DNA from: Firmicutes bacterium HGW-Firmicutes-21
Lineage (GTDB): Bacteria > Bacillota > Clostridia > Oscillospirales > CAG-382
Direction: 5' to 3'
Assembly: GCA_002841455.1 (NCBI GenBank)
Contig: PGZT01000010.1
Location: 1-57,304 of the forward strand
DNA length: 57,304 bases
Shown one piece after another: positions 19,272-27,626 of the stretch. The position numbers and the translations under genes were made by a program. The notes under the pieces are model-generated. The model had not been told where the DNA came from. It saw only the letters and a program-made list of their open reading frames with translations, and did no database searches. Each line of letters starts with the position of its first letter. Position 1 is the first letter of the stretch.

Positions 19272-20405
19272 TTAATACCTCCAAAAGACGAATTCCCGTG
19301 CCGCTTTATCCGTTTCCATTATATCGGCAACCGTAGGATTTTTTATAAATACGGCATTCTCCGATGCCGTGGTAACTATGTCAAAAATATCGAGATATCC
19401 GATTTTTCCGTTTAGAAATAATGAAACCGCAGCCTCGTTGCTCCCGTTTACCGCTGCGGGGATATTTCCTCGTTTTTTTATTGCCTCTCTTGCCAACGGC
19501 AGCAGGGAAAAGGTCTGCTCGTCAGGCTTATCAAAGGACAATGCTCCTATCTTGAAAAAATCTGTCCGCCCAACCGGACTCTCTGTCCTCTCGGGATAAG
19601 TCAGCGCATATTGTATACAGAGTCGCATATCAGGCAGAGCGAGCTGAGCAAGCACGGTGTTGTCGTGGAATTCCACCATAGAATGTATGATACTTTCCTT
19701 ATGAATTATTACTTCTATGTCATCAGGCTCCATATCAAAAAGATGCACCGCTTCGATAAGCTCAAGCCCCTTGTTCATCAGAGTCGAGGAATCTATCGTT
19801 ATTTTTACACCCATGCTCCAATTCGGGTGCTTTAGAGCATCTACCGCCGTTATTTCCTTCAATTCATTGCGTTTTCTGCCGTAAAAAGGCCCTCCCGAAG
19901 CGGTAAGCAGTATTCGCTTTGGTTTTACTCCGCCCTGTAGGCACTGAAATACAGCCGAATGCTCGCTGTCGACCGGAAGGAGCTGAACGCCCCTCTCCCT
20001 TGCCTTTTTCATTACTATATCGCCGCCTGCGACCAAGGTTTCCTTGTTGGCAAGCGCAATCGTTTTTCCGCTTTCTATGGCGGCAAGCGTGGGTTTTAGT
20101 CCTCTTATGCCCATCAAAGCGTTTAACAGTAAATCGGCTTTTTGCTCGCCCGCAAGGTTATCGAGGTTATCCTCACCCGTTATCACCTTTGTGTGAGTGT
20201 CGGCAAGTGCGGTTTTCAGGTCGCTGTATTTCTCCTCGCATACCCAACAAAATGCGGGTTTGAATAAACGGCACTGCTCCTCTAAAAGGCTGTCGTTATT
20301 ATAACCCGAAACAGCGACAACATTCAAGCCCAAGCGACCTGCAACATCGAGAGTCTGCCTGCCTATGGAGCCTGTTGAGCCGAGAACGATAATGTCTCTT
20401 ACCAT
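19272..20405 (-). CDS. dxr: 1-deoxy-D-xylulose-5-phosphate reductoisomerase
   Basis: 377 aa with ILGSTGSIG at the N-terminus and the LANKE and DSEHSA motifs. Confidence 0.95.
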   Translation of the reverse strand: MVRDIIVLGSTGSIGRQTLDVAGRLGLNVVAVSGYNNDSLLEEQCRLFKPAFCWVCEEKYSDLKTALADTHTKVITGEDNLDNLAGEQKADLLLNALMGIRGLKPTLAAIESGKTIALANKETLVAGGDIVMKKARERGVQLLPVDSEHSAVFQCLQGGVKPKRILLTASGGPFYGRKRNELKEITAVDALKHPNWSMGVKITIDSSTLMNKGLELIEAVHLFDMEPDDIEVIIHKESIIHSMVEFHDNTVLAQLALPDMRLCIQYALTYPERTESPVGRTDFFKIGALSFDKPDEQTFSLLPLAREAIKKRGNIPAAVNGSNEAAVSLFLNGKIGYLDIFDIVTTASENAVFIKNPTVADIMETDKAAREFVFWRY

Positions 20406-20433
20406 CTATTCACACCTTCAAATTATATGTATC

Positions 20434-21222
20434 CTATATTAAGCTTAAAACCAAGAACGCTCCGACCGATAAGGGAAGTATGCTGTCGAATCTGTCAAGC
20501 ACTCCGCCGTGCCCCGGGAAAATACTGCCGTAATCCTTGATAACGTAATGCCTTTTTATCGCAGATGCGGCGAGGTCGCCCAGTTGTGCGGCAACGCTTG
20601 CCGGGATTGCGATAAGACAATACTTCCAAAACGGGAAGCCGCCTCCAAAAGATACAATAATTAATCCGAATACGGCAAAACCTATTATCGCACCGATAAC
20701 ACCGCTCACCGCTCCCGCAATCGTTTTTTTGGGGCTAAGAGACGGACACAGTTTCCTGTCGCCGAACAAACGCCCTCCGAAGTAAGCAAAGGTATCGGTA
20801 CACCATGCGGCAATGAATATTAAAAGGTATCTCTCAGGAACCCTGTCCCTGACCATAACGAGCAGAGCGAAGGAAACACCGGCATAAACAAACCCGAAGA
20901 ATAATGCGGTTACAGAGGGAACCTCTATCCTGCCGTGTCCTAAAACGAACAGAAAAAGCAGATAAACGAATACGGACAAGCCGATGATGACAAGCCACTG
21001 CTGTCCGTTTCTTGCGAGTATCGGTAATAATGCGGATAATACTATAATCGGCGATACAGCGAATAATTTGTTCCCTGTAAAACCCGCGCAGACGGCAAAT
21101 TCATAAAAGGCTATCCCCGAGAGCAGCCCAAGTACTATAGGGAACGCAATAGAATCGGAAAAATATAAAACCGGTATGAAAAGCAGCATTGCCACCGCAC
21201 CGGTAAAAATTCGTTTACCCAT
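20434..21222 (-). CDS. cdsA: phosphatidate cytidylyltransferase
   Basis: A multi-TM protein with the C-terminal CDS signature SAIKRHYVIKDYGSIFPGHGGVLDRFDS. ATG 21222 has a GGAGG SD. The longer track ORF is probably an over-extension. Confidence 0.9.
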   Translation of the reverse strand: MGKRIFTGAVAMLLFIPVLYFSDSIAFPIVLGLLSGIAFYEFAVCAGFTGNKLFAVSPIIVLSALLPILARNGQQWLVIIGLSVFVYLLFLFVLGHGRIEVPSVTALFFGFVYAGVSFALLVMVRDRVPERYLLIFIAAWCTDTFAYFGGRLFGDRKLCPSLSPKKTIAGAVSGVIGAIIGFAVFGLIIVSFGGGFPFWKYCLIAIPASVAAQLGDLAASAIKRHYVIKDYGSIFPGHGGVLDRFDSILPLSVGAFLVLSLI

Positions 21223-21336
21223 ATAAATGCCTCCGCACTGACCTTTGAACGAACAGGAAAGAAATATCGCACTGGTAAGCACCTGATGTTCTTATTGTTT
21301 TATGTTCTTTCACGCTAACCTCTTAAGCTTCTCTAT

Positions 21337-22041
21337 TTATTTTCCGAACCTGCGGCTTCGTGTTGCAAAGGACTCAATAGCCTTATGCAGCTCATCCTTT
21401 TTAAAATCCGGCCATAAAACATCGGTGAAATAATACTCTGAATATGCGCTTTGCCACAATAAAAAATTAGAGGTGCGCAGCTCGCCGCTTGTACGGATAA
21501 TAAGGTCGGGGTCCGGTATCCCTGCCGAGTACAGACAGCTTGCCAAGTCCTGCTCGGTTATATTTTGCCTGCCCTCTGCCAGAAGACGGTTTACAGCCTG
21601 TAAAATCTCCTGCCGCCCTCCGTATGAGATGCAGATTGACAGCAGCATGCCTGTGTTGCCGGACAATGTTTGTACGCTGTTTTTAAGCATATCCTGCGAA
21701 TCGGTGTCAAACATAGACAGGTCCCCGAGTATACGGAGCCTTAGATTATTCTCTATCATCTCGGGCATATATTTGGTGATTCCGTTGTTCATAAGCCTTA
21801 TAAGCTCGTCAACCTCGTCCCTCTCCCGTTGCCAGTTCTCGGTCGAAAAAGCATATACGGTTAAGTAGGAAACGCCTATCCTTGCACACTCGTTTACCGT
21901 GGATACAAAGTTATCAAAGCCTGCTTTATGACCTGCGGTACGGGGTAACAACCGTTTTTTTGCCCAGCGACCGTTTCCGTCCATTATTATAGCAATATGT
22001 GCCGGTATAACCGCAGGCGCTGCCGTTTTGTTTTTTGACAT
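21337..22041 (-). CDS. uppS: isoprenyl transferase (undecaprenyl-diphosphate synthase)
   Basis: HIAIIMDGNGRWAKKR and IRTSGELRTSNFLLWQSAYSEYYF. ATG 22041 is preceded by AAAGGAA. Confidence 0.95.
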   Translation of the reverse strand: MSKNKTAAPAVIPAHIAIIMDGNGRWAKKRLLPRTAGHKAGFDNFVSTVNECARIGVSYLTVYAFSTENWQRERDEVDELIRLMNNGITKYMPEMIENNLRLRILGDLSMFDTDSQDMLKNSVQTLSGNTGMLLSICISYGGRQEILQAVNRLLAEGRQNITEQDLASCLYSAGIPDPDLIIRTSGELRTSNFLLWQSAYSEYYFTDVLWPDFKKDELHKAIESFATRSRRFGK

Positions 22042-22169
22042 TATATTTGACCGTTCCTTTGCTCGGCGGTACAACCGCCGGAAGCGGGATATTTAAAAGA
22101 TTTATCCTTTGGTTTATATTATACCGTATCTGAAGGATGTAATCTTTTTTTATTTTTACTATATTATTG

Positions 22170-22266
22170 CAAGTGAGCGGGAATTACGCCGATTTTGTAT
22201 GTAATACAAATGGCTGCACCTCTTACAGCCAAGGCGCAAAACCGTATTTAAAAGATGAAATCTTTT
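22170..22266 (-). repeat. structured intergenic repeat, family A, copy 3
   Basis: GTGAGCGGGAATTACGCC .. hairpin 22212-22230 .. AAGGCGCAAAACCGTATTTAAAAGAT. A shortened relative lies at about 22045-22110. Confidence 0.7.
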
Positions 22267-22270
22267 AAAA

Positions 22271-22825
22271 TTATATCTCCAATATTTCTACATCCTTCTT
22301 TTGTACTACCGCATCAACTTCCTTGGAATAGCGGTCGGTGAGGTCCTGTATGCTTTTTTCGGCAGACTTCTGCTCGTCCTCTGTTAAAACGGAGTTCTTC
22401 TTTTGCTCCTTTGACTTTTCGTTGGCGTCTCTGCGGATGTTCCTGAGCGCAACCTTTGCGTCCTCACCCAGCTTTGCGACATGCTTGGTCAGCTCTTTTC
22501 TGCGCTCCTCTGTCAGAGAGGGAAACACCAATCTAATCTGCTTGCCGTCGTTTTGCGGGGTTATTCCCAAATCAGAAGCCAAAATCGCTTTCTCAATATC
22601 CTTTAATACGCTTGTCTCCCACGGGGCTATTGAAAGTGTCCTTGCGTCAAGCGTCTTGACCGTTGCCACTCCGTCAAGCGCCGTCGGCGTTCCGTAATAA
22701 GGGACCTTGATTTTATCAAGCACCTTAATGCTTGCTCTTCCTACTCTGATTGCGCCTAATTCCTCGCTGAGTGCAAATATCGTTTTCTTCATTTTTTCTT
22801 CGTATGGTGCTGTATCGAATTTCAT
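22271..22825 (-). CDS. frr: ribosome recycling factor
   Basis: 184 aa with Frr-typical sequence throughout (RVGRASIKVLDKIKV..LTEERRKELTK..). Confidence 0.97.
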   Translation of the reverse strand: MKFDTAPYEEKMKKTIFALSEELGAIRVGRASIKVLDKIKVPYYGTPTALDGVATVKTLDARTLSIAPWETSVLKDIEKAILASDLGITPQNDGKQIRLVFPSLTEERRKELTKHVAKLGEDAKVALRNIRRDANEKSKEQKKNSVLTEDEQKSAEKSIQDLTDRYSKEVDAVVQKKDVEILEI

Positions 22826-22850
22826 ATTTCATTCTCCTTTTTATAAATTT

Positions 22851-23582
22851 TCAGTTGGTTAAAAGAGTTCCCACTCTGTCTCCTGTAATCACTTTTGTTA
22901 TGTTCTCGGGGTTCTCGAGTGCAAAAACAATGGTCTTTATGTTATTCTCCCTGCCAACCGCAACCGCTGCCGCATCAAGTGCCTTTAGGTTCTGCTTAAG
23001 TGCCTCGTCATAGGTCAGGACATCATATTTCTGTGCGTCTGTGTGCTTGTTGGGGTCCTTGTCGTAAACGCCGTCCACATTCCTTGCAGACAACGCTATT
23101 TCGCAGCTAAGCTCGGCTGCACGGAGCATCATTCCTGTATCAGTGGAAAAAAACGGATATCCGACCCCGCACGGAATAATGACAGCCTCACCGCTTGCAA
23201 GAGCATCCATTGCCTTGTACTGCGAATACGGCTCGCAGACCTGCGAGATCTCGAATGCGCTCATAACCCGTGTTTTAAGTCCTGCTTTTATGAGATAATC
23301 CTGCATCGCAAGCGAATTTATTACTGTTGCGAGCATACCCATATGGTCGCCGCGAACCCTGTCAATGTTAAGCCCGCCCTGCCTTGAACCTCTCCAGATA
23401 TTGCCCGCTCCTATAACTATCGCAAACTGTACGCCCATATCTGCGCACTTTTTAATCTCTGCGCTAATCCTTTCAAGAAAAGCTCCGTTAAGTATCTTGC
23501 CGTCGACAGCGGTTAGTGCCTCGCCGCTCAGCTTCAGCAGTACCCGCTTGTAAGCAACATTTTTGCTGTCTGCGTCCTTCAA
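22851..23582 (-). CDS. pyrH: UMP kinase
   Basis: YKRVLLKLSGEAL..GAGNIWRG.. The track start (GTG 23591) sits 1 nt after AGGA. TTG 23582, with 10-nt spacing, is the more plausible start. Confidence 0.93.
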   Translation of the reverse strand: MKDADSKNVAYKRVLLKLSGEALTAVDGKILNGAFLERISAEIKKCADMGVQFAIVIGAGNIWRGSRQGGLNIDRVRGDHMGMLATVINSLAMQDYLIKAGLKTRVMSAFEISQVCEPYSQYKAMDALASGEAVIIPCGVGYPFFSTDTGMMLRAAELSCEIALSARNVDGVYDKDPNKHTDAQKYDVLTYDEALKQNLKALDAAAVAVGRENNIKTIVFALENPENITKVITGDRVGTLLTN

Positions 23583-23591
23583 TACGACCAC

Positions 23592-23812
23592 ATCCTTTAT
23601 TGTTAGGTTATTTTATTCGATTGCGAAACTACGGTTCCGCAATCGAGTCCATGGATTTCACTCGCTTATCGCCCTAAAACAACGATTACAACGCTGTTTC
23701 AGGGAACCCCCTCGGCGAGTGAGACGCGTGTAACGCGTCATAGAAGGTGTTTCCCGGTCGGGTTACCCGCCCGAAAAACAAATTTATTGTATTCATATTT
23801 TATAATATTCGG
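23592..23812 (-). promoter_or_regulatory. long structured 5' leader or ncRNA candidate upstream of pyrH, with a promoter-like TTGATA-16-TAAAAT at 23797-23824
   Basis: It contains five helices. The 13-bp helix (23672-23704) has G.U pairs only on the minus strand. See findings. Confidence 0.45.
23735..23788. repeat. hairpin repeat family B, copy 1 (in the pyrH leader)
   Basis: GCGTCATAGAAGGTGTTTCCCGGTCGGGTTACCCGCCCGAAAAACAAATTTATT. It is similar along its length to 54956-55010. Confidence 0.65.
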
Positions 23813-25150
23813 TTATTTTATCAAAGCGTTGTTGTTTGAGTTGTTTTTTGGTTCTTCCGAAATTTCCTCTTCCTCGGTTTCTTTATAGAAAACAAAGAAC
23901 TGCTTATCCAGCTTATTTATCAAACCCAGCTGATAAGCGGTAAGCTCGCCAAAAACGGCGTCCTCCAAGCTGTCGGATAGCATAATTTCGTTATCATAAT
24001 AACTCCGCATGAGTCCCGTCAGATATTCGTCCGTCGGCGACTCCGCTCCGAATAATGCGAGAATGTTCTTTGTTAATTCCAGCTCGGTGGTATTGTTAAA
24101 AATATAGCACCGCTCGGCGTAGAATATATCCGCTTCACCCTCCGAATAGGGCTGCGAATAGCTCACACCCTCCTTATCGATATAAAGCAAGGCAATGTAG
24201 CCGTCATACCCCTCGGTATTTATATTATCGTTTATATATTTGTCAAGGTAATCATAGGTTGTAGATGCTATTATAAAATCAAAATTGTACGGCTCGTTCG
24301 CCGATAAGCTTAAATTCCCGTTATATTTATAAAACAACTGCTTGTATTCGATTGTGAGTGTCTCGCCGTATGATGATGCCCTTTCGGTGATAAGGTCGAA
24401 GCTGTCCCTTGTTCTCTGTTGAAACTCAACCATCTCTTCGTCATTTATACTGCTCTTTGTGTCGGAAATAAATATCTCGACCGCAAGTATATTGCCGGCA
24501 AGCCTTTTTGCCGTGCCTTCGTTCATTGTCGGGAACATTATGACACTGTCGGGTTCGCTCTGCCCTCTTAAATGCCGGAAGTATATGCTGTCCTCAAGCA
24601 ACCATACAGTTCCGTCAAACACCATGGAAACCGTATAAATGCCTGCGGATATGATTTTTTCGTTTTCGTTACGACCGTCCGAGAGCCATATGCCGTCGAT
24701 ATGAATACCGTTAAATTCCTCGGTATAATGATAGCTGAAATAGGTCTTACCCTCAACCTGTGATATCGATTTTTCCCCATATCTGGGGAAGGACAGGTAT
24801 TCTGAAACAACACCGCTTGAAACCGAATAGGTTGAGGAAAGCAGCTTTTCTATAACATAAAAATCCTCGTACTCGCTTCCCGTTGCGGGTGTCGGGTCAT
24901 ATGGTGTTTTTTCGCCTACATCCACAAGCTCGGTAAGCAAGCCGCCGACAAATAAATCGGTAATCAGCTTGTCGGCTCCGAGGAGCTGTTTTGCGGTTTC
25001 TAATAATGTATTGTCATATATAAGCTCGGAGTTTAAGTCCTCCGATAAAATGCTGTCTTCCACATTATCCGAGTTTTTACCGGTGCCGCAACCGGAAAAG
25101 GGTAACGCAATGATAATAAAAACAATTATATAAATGAGTATTTTTTTCAA
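23813..25150 (-). CDS. hypothetical lipoprotein
   Basis: 445 aa with signal peptide and lipobox (LPFSGC). I recognise no domain. The tail is acidic and Asn-rich. Confidence 0.55.
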   Translation of the reverse strand: MKKILIYIIVFIIIALPFSGCGTGKNSDNVEDSILSEDLNSELIYDNTLLETAKQLLGADKLITDLFVGGLLTELVDVGEKTPYDPTPATGSEYEDFYVIEKLLSSTYSVSSGVVSEYLSFPRYGEKSISQVEGKTYFSYHYTEEFNGIHIDGIWLSDGRNENEKIISAGIYTVSMVFDGTVWLLEDSIYFRHLRGQSEPDSVIMFPTMNEGTAKRLAGNILAVEIFISDTKSSINDEEMVEFQQRTRDSFDLITERASSYGETLTIEYKQLFYKYNGNLSLSANEPYNFDFIIASTTYDYLDKYINDNINTEGYDGYIALLYIDKEGVSYSQPYSEGEADIFYAERCYIFNNTTELELTKNILALFGAESPTDEYLTGLMRSYYDNEIMLSDSLEDAVFGELTAYQLGLINKLDKQFFVFYKETEEEEISEEPKNNSNNNALIK

Positions 25151-25232
25151 TTACAATACTCCTTCCTTTGATTATACCAAAATTTTCTCGGCATATCAAT
25201 ATTAAATTGCAAAAAATATTCGCCTTTATTCC

Positions 25233-25862
25233 TCATTCGAGGGGTCTGCAATCCCCGTCGTACAAACAAAGCCTGCGTATCAGACAATCGTCGATCCGGC
25301 TATCCAGAAACGCCGCTATGTAGTTCGGGTTGAGATAATCCGCACTCCCTGCCGTCAGCGTAGCCTCAAGAATAACTCTGCCCTCGCTCTCATAAATAAC
25401 CCTGTCGGTAATAAACGGCGAAATATCGCAAAGGTACTCCTTTGATTTTGTCTTTTTCAAAACTGTAATATCACCCGAGAGCACCTCTTTTATTTCGTCC
25501 GCGCTTTTATCGGTGGTAAAAGTTAAGCGGTACCTCGCGGTACAGCATGAGGATATTTTTTCTTTCGGCTCCGCAACCGCAAAAATCTCAATTCCTCTCG
25601 GCATAACGCCGAGCAGCTTTTTTCTGACCTCGTCGCTTGGTGTGTCCTTATTTAACCTAAAATCGAATATCTCGTATTCGCTCTCCCAAAAAATGGATAA
25701 CGGCAACGCAAACGCAATTTTTGTATGCGGATTGAATCCCTCCGAAAAAACTATGTCAAGCCCGCTTCTCAGCAGCGCTCTCGACATCGCTCTTTGCAAA
25801 TCCAAATGCGATATATACCTTATAATTCCGATTTTTTTGAAAAAAACTCTAACCTGTTCCAT
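25233..25862 (-). CDS. TIGR03936-family radical-SAM-associated protein (DUF2344)
   Basis: MEQVRVFFKKIGIIRYISHLDLQRAMSRALLRSGL is the characteristic DUF2344 N-terminus. ATG 25862 is chosen over the longer track ORF. Confidence 0.7.
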   Translation of the reverse strand: MEQVRVFFKKIGIIRYISHLDLQRAMSRALLRSGLDIVFSEGFNPHTKIAFALPLSIFWESEYEIFDFRLNKDTPSDEVRKKLLGVMPRGIEIFAVAEPKEKISSCCTARYRLTFTTDKSADEIKEVLSGDITVLKKTKSKEYLCDISPFITDRVIYESEGRVILEATLTAGSADYLNPNYIAAFLDSRIDDCLIRRLCLYDGDCRPLE

Positions 25863-25897
25863 GAAAAAATCCCCTTTAAACTCAAAGCGATGAAATG

Positions 25898-27626
25898 CTA
25901 ACGAGAACACTTTATTGCTCCGCAGGCGGAGCATTTTGTCCTGCAATCGGGTGTTACCTGTCCCTCATATGCTTTTTTTGCTTCTTTTATAAGAAAATCC
26001 TTTGATACACCGATATCGATATGCTCCCATGCGAGTGTCTCCTCAAAAGGAATCCGTCTGTTAGCATAAAAATCCGAATTAATACCCGTTTTTTCAAATA
26101 AACTCATCCAGTGTCCGTAATCAAAGAACTCGTCCCAGCCGTCGAACCGCTGTCCCGCTCTGACCGCCTCGGCAAGCGCCGCCGAGAGCCGCCTGTCTCC
26201 CCGTGCGAACACGCCTTCTATATGCGAAACACGAGCGTCGTGATATTTATATGAAATCTTTTTTGTTGAAATGGCTTCTCTCAGTAGCTTCTGCTTCCGC
26301 TCAAACTCGTCAAGGCTGTCCTGCGGCTCCCATTGGAAGGGCGTAAAAGGCTTGGGAACGAATCCGGAAACACTTATTGTAACCATAACTCCTCTGCCCT
26401 GCCGTTTTACCGAATAAAACTCGTTTACTATACTCTGCGCAAGGTCTGCTATTCCTATTATATCCTCATCCGTCTCTGTTGGTAACCCGTTCATAAAGTA
26501 CAGCTTTAGGCTGTTCCTTCCGCCGTCAAACGCTTTGCGGCAGGCGGACATTATTTCTTCCTCGTTAATATTCTTGTTGATAACATTCTATTCGCATCGA
26601 GGGCAGGGATAAACCGATTTTTTTGTCGTCTGTCCAGGATAACAACCCGTTTATAAGCTTGTCAAGCTGCTTATAATCGCTGATGCTAAGGGAGGATAGA
26701 GCAATTTCACCATATCCGCTGTTCTCTATTGCTTGGGCGGCACAACGGTCAAGCACCTCGGCGCTTTTCTCCCTGTATGGGCGGTAAACCATCCCCGCCT
26801 GACAGAATCGGCAGCCCCTTATACAACCTCGGAACACCTCAAGGATAACCCTGTCGTGCACGACATCGATGTATGGAATTATAGGCGCTGTCGGGAAAAA
26901 AACACTGTCCAAATCCTCAATTATACGCTTTTTTATTTTTGCGGGCACATCATCGTATTTTGGCGTAACCGCTTCTACAATTCCGCTCCCGTTATAGGTA
27001 ACCTCGTACAGGGAGGGAACATAAAATCCCTCTATCTGTGCGGCTTTACGCAGAAATTCGACCTTTTTAGTGCCGTTTCGCCTACATTCGCGATAAAGCT
27101 CCGTTAAATCAAGTATCGCCTCCTCACCCTCGCCGATGATAAATATATCAAAGAAATCGGCAAGCGGCTCGGGGTTATATGTGCAGGGGCCCCCTCCGAC
27201 TATAAGAGGATATTGCTCGCCCCTATCGGCGGAATACAGCGGTATACCCGACATATCCAGCATATTAAGTACATTTGTGTAGGAAAGCTCATATTGCAGC
27301 GTAAAGCCCAATATATCAAACTCTCCGAGCGGATCACCGCTCTCCAGCGCATATAACGGAGTATTTGTGCTGCGCAGCTGTGATTCCATATCATGCCACG
27401 GAGCAAAGGCACGCTCGCAATAGCAATAATCGGTGTTATTTAAAACGGCGGTTAAAATCCGCATTCCGAGATTGGACATACCGATCTCATAGGTATCGGG
27501 AAAACAGAAGCAAAATCTAAGCTCCGCTTTGTCTTTGTCCTTTATAACCTCGCCTACCTCGCCGCCGATGTATCTGCCCGGTTTTTCAACATTCTTTAAA
27601 AGATGTGCGTATCTGTCGGTATTCAA
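25898..27626 (-). pseudogene. TIGR03960-family B12-binding/radical SAM protein, disrupted by an internal deletion plus frameshift
   Basis: Two consecutive ORFs in different frames (26565-27626 and 25898-26551) carry the N- and C-terminal parts of one protein. FRGCIRGCRFCQAG is in the first and LKLYFMNGLPTETDED is in the second. They join at about 26585-26590. Confidence 0.7.

Noticed and set aside
23640-23660. A possible PyrR-binding loop in the pyrH leader (AAAUCCAUGGACUCG on the minus strand).
   Set aside because: It shares only AAUCCA with the PyrR box consensus ARUCCAGAGAGGYU as I remember it, and no terminator/antiterminator with a U-tract follows.
23670-23753. A 27-codon Arg-rich ORF on the minus strand inside the pyrH leader (MTRYTRLTRRGGSLKQRCNRCFRAISE).
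   Set aside because: It has no convincing SD (only GGGAAAC far from consensus) and lies entirely within strong RNA helices. Its composition is what GC-rich stems give by chance. It is kept only as a note within the leader finding.
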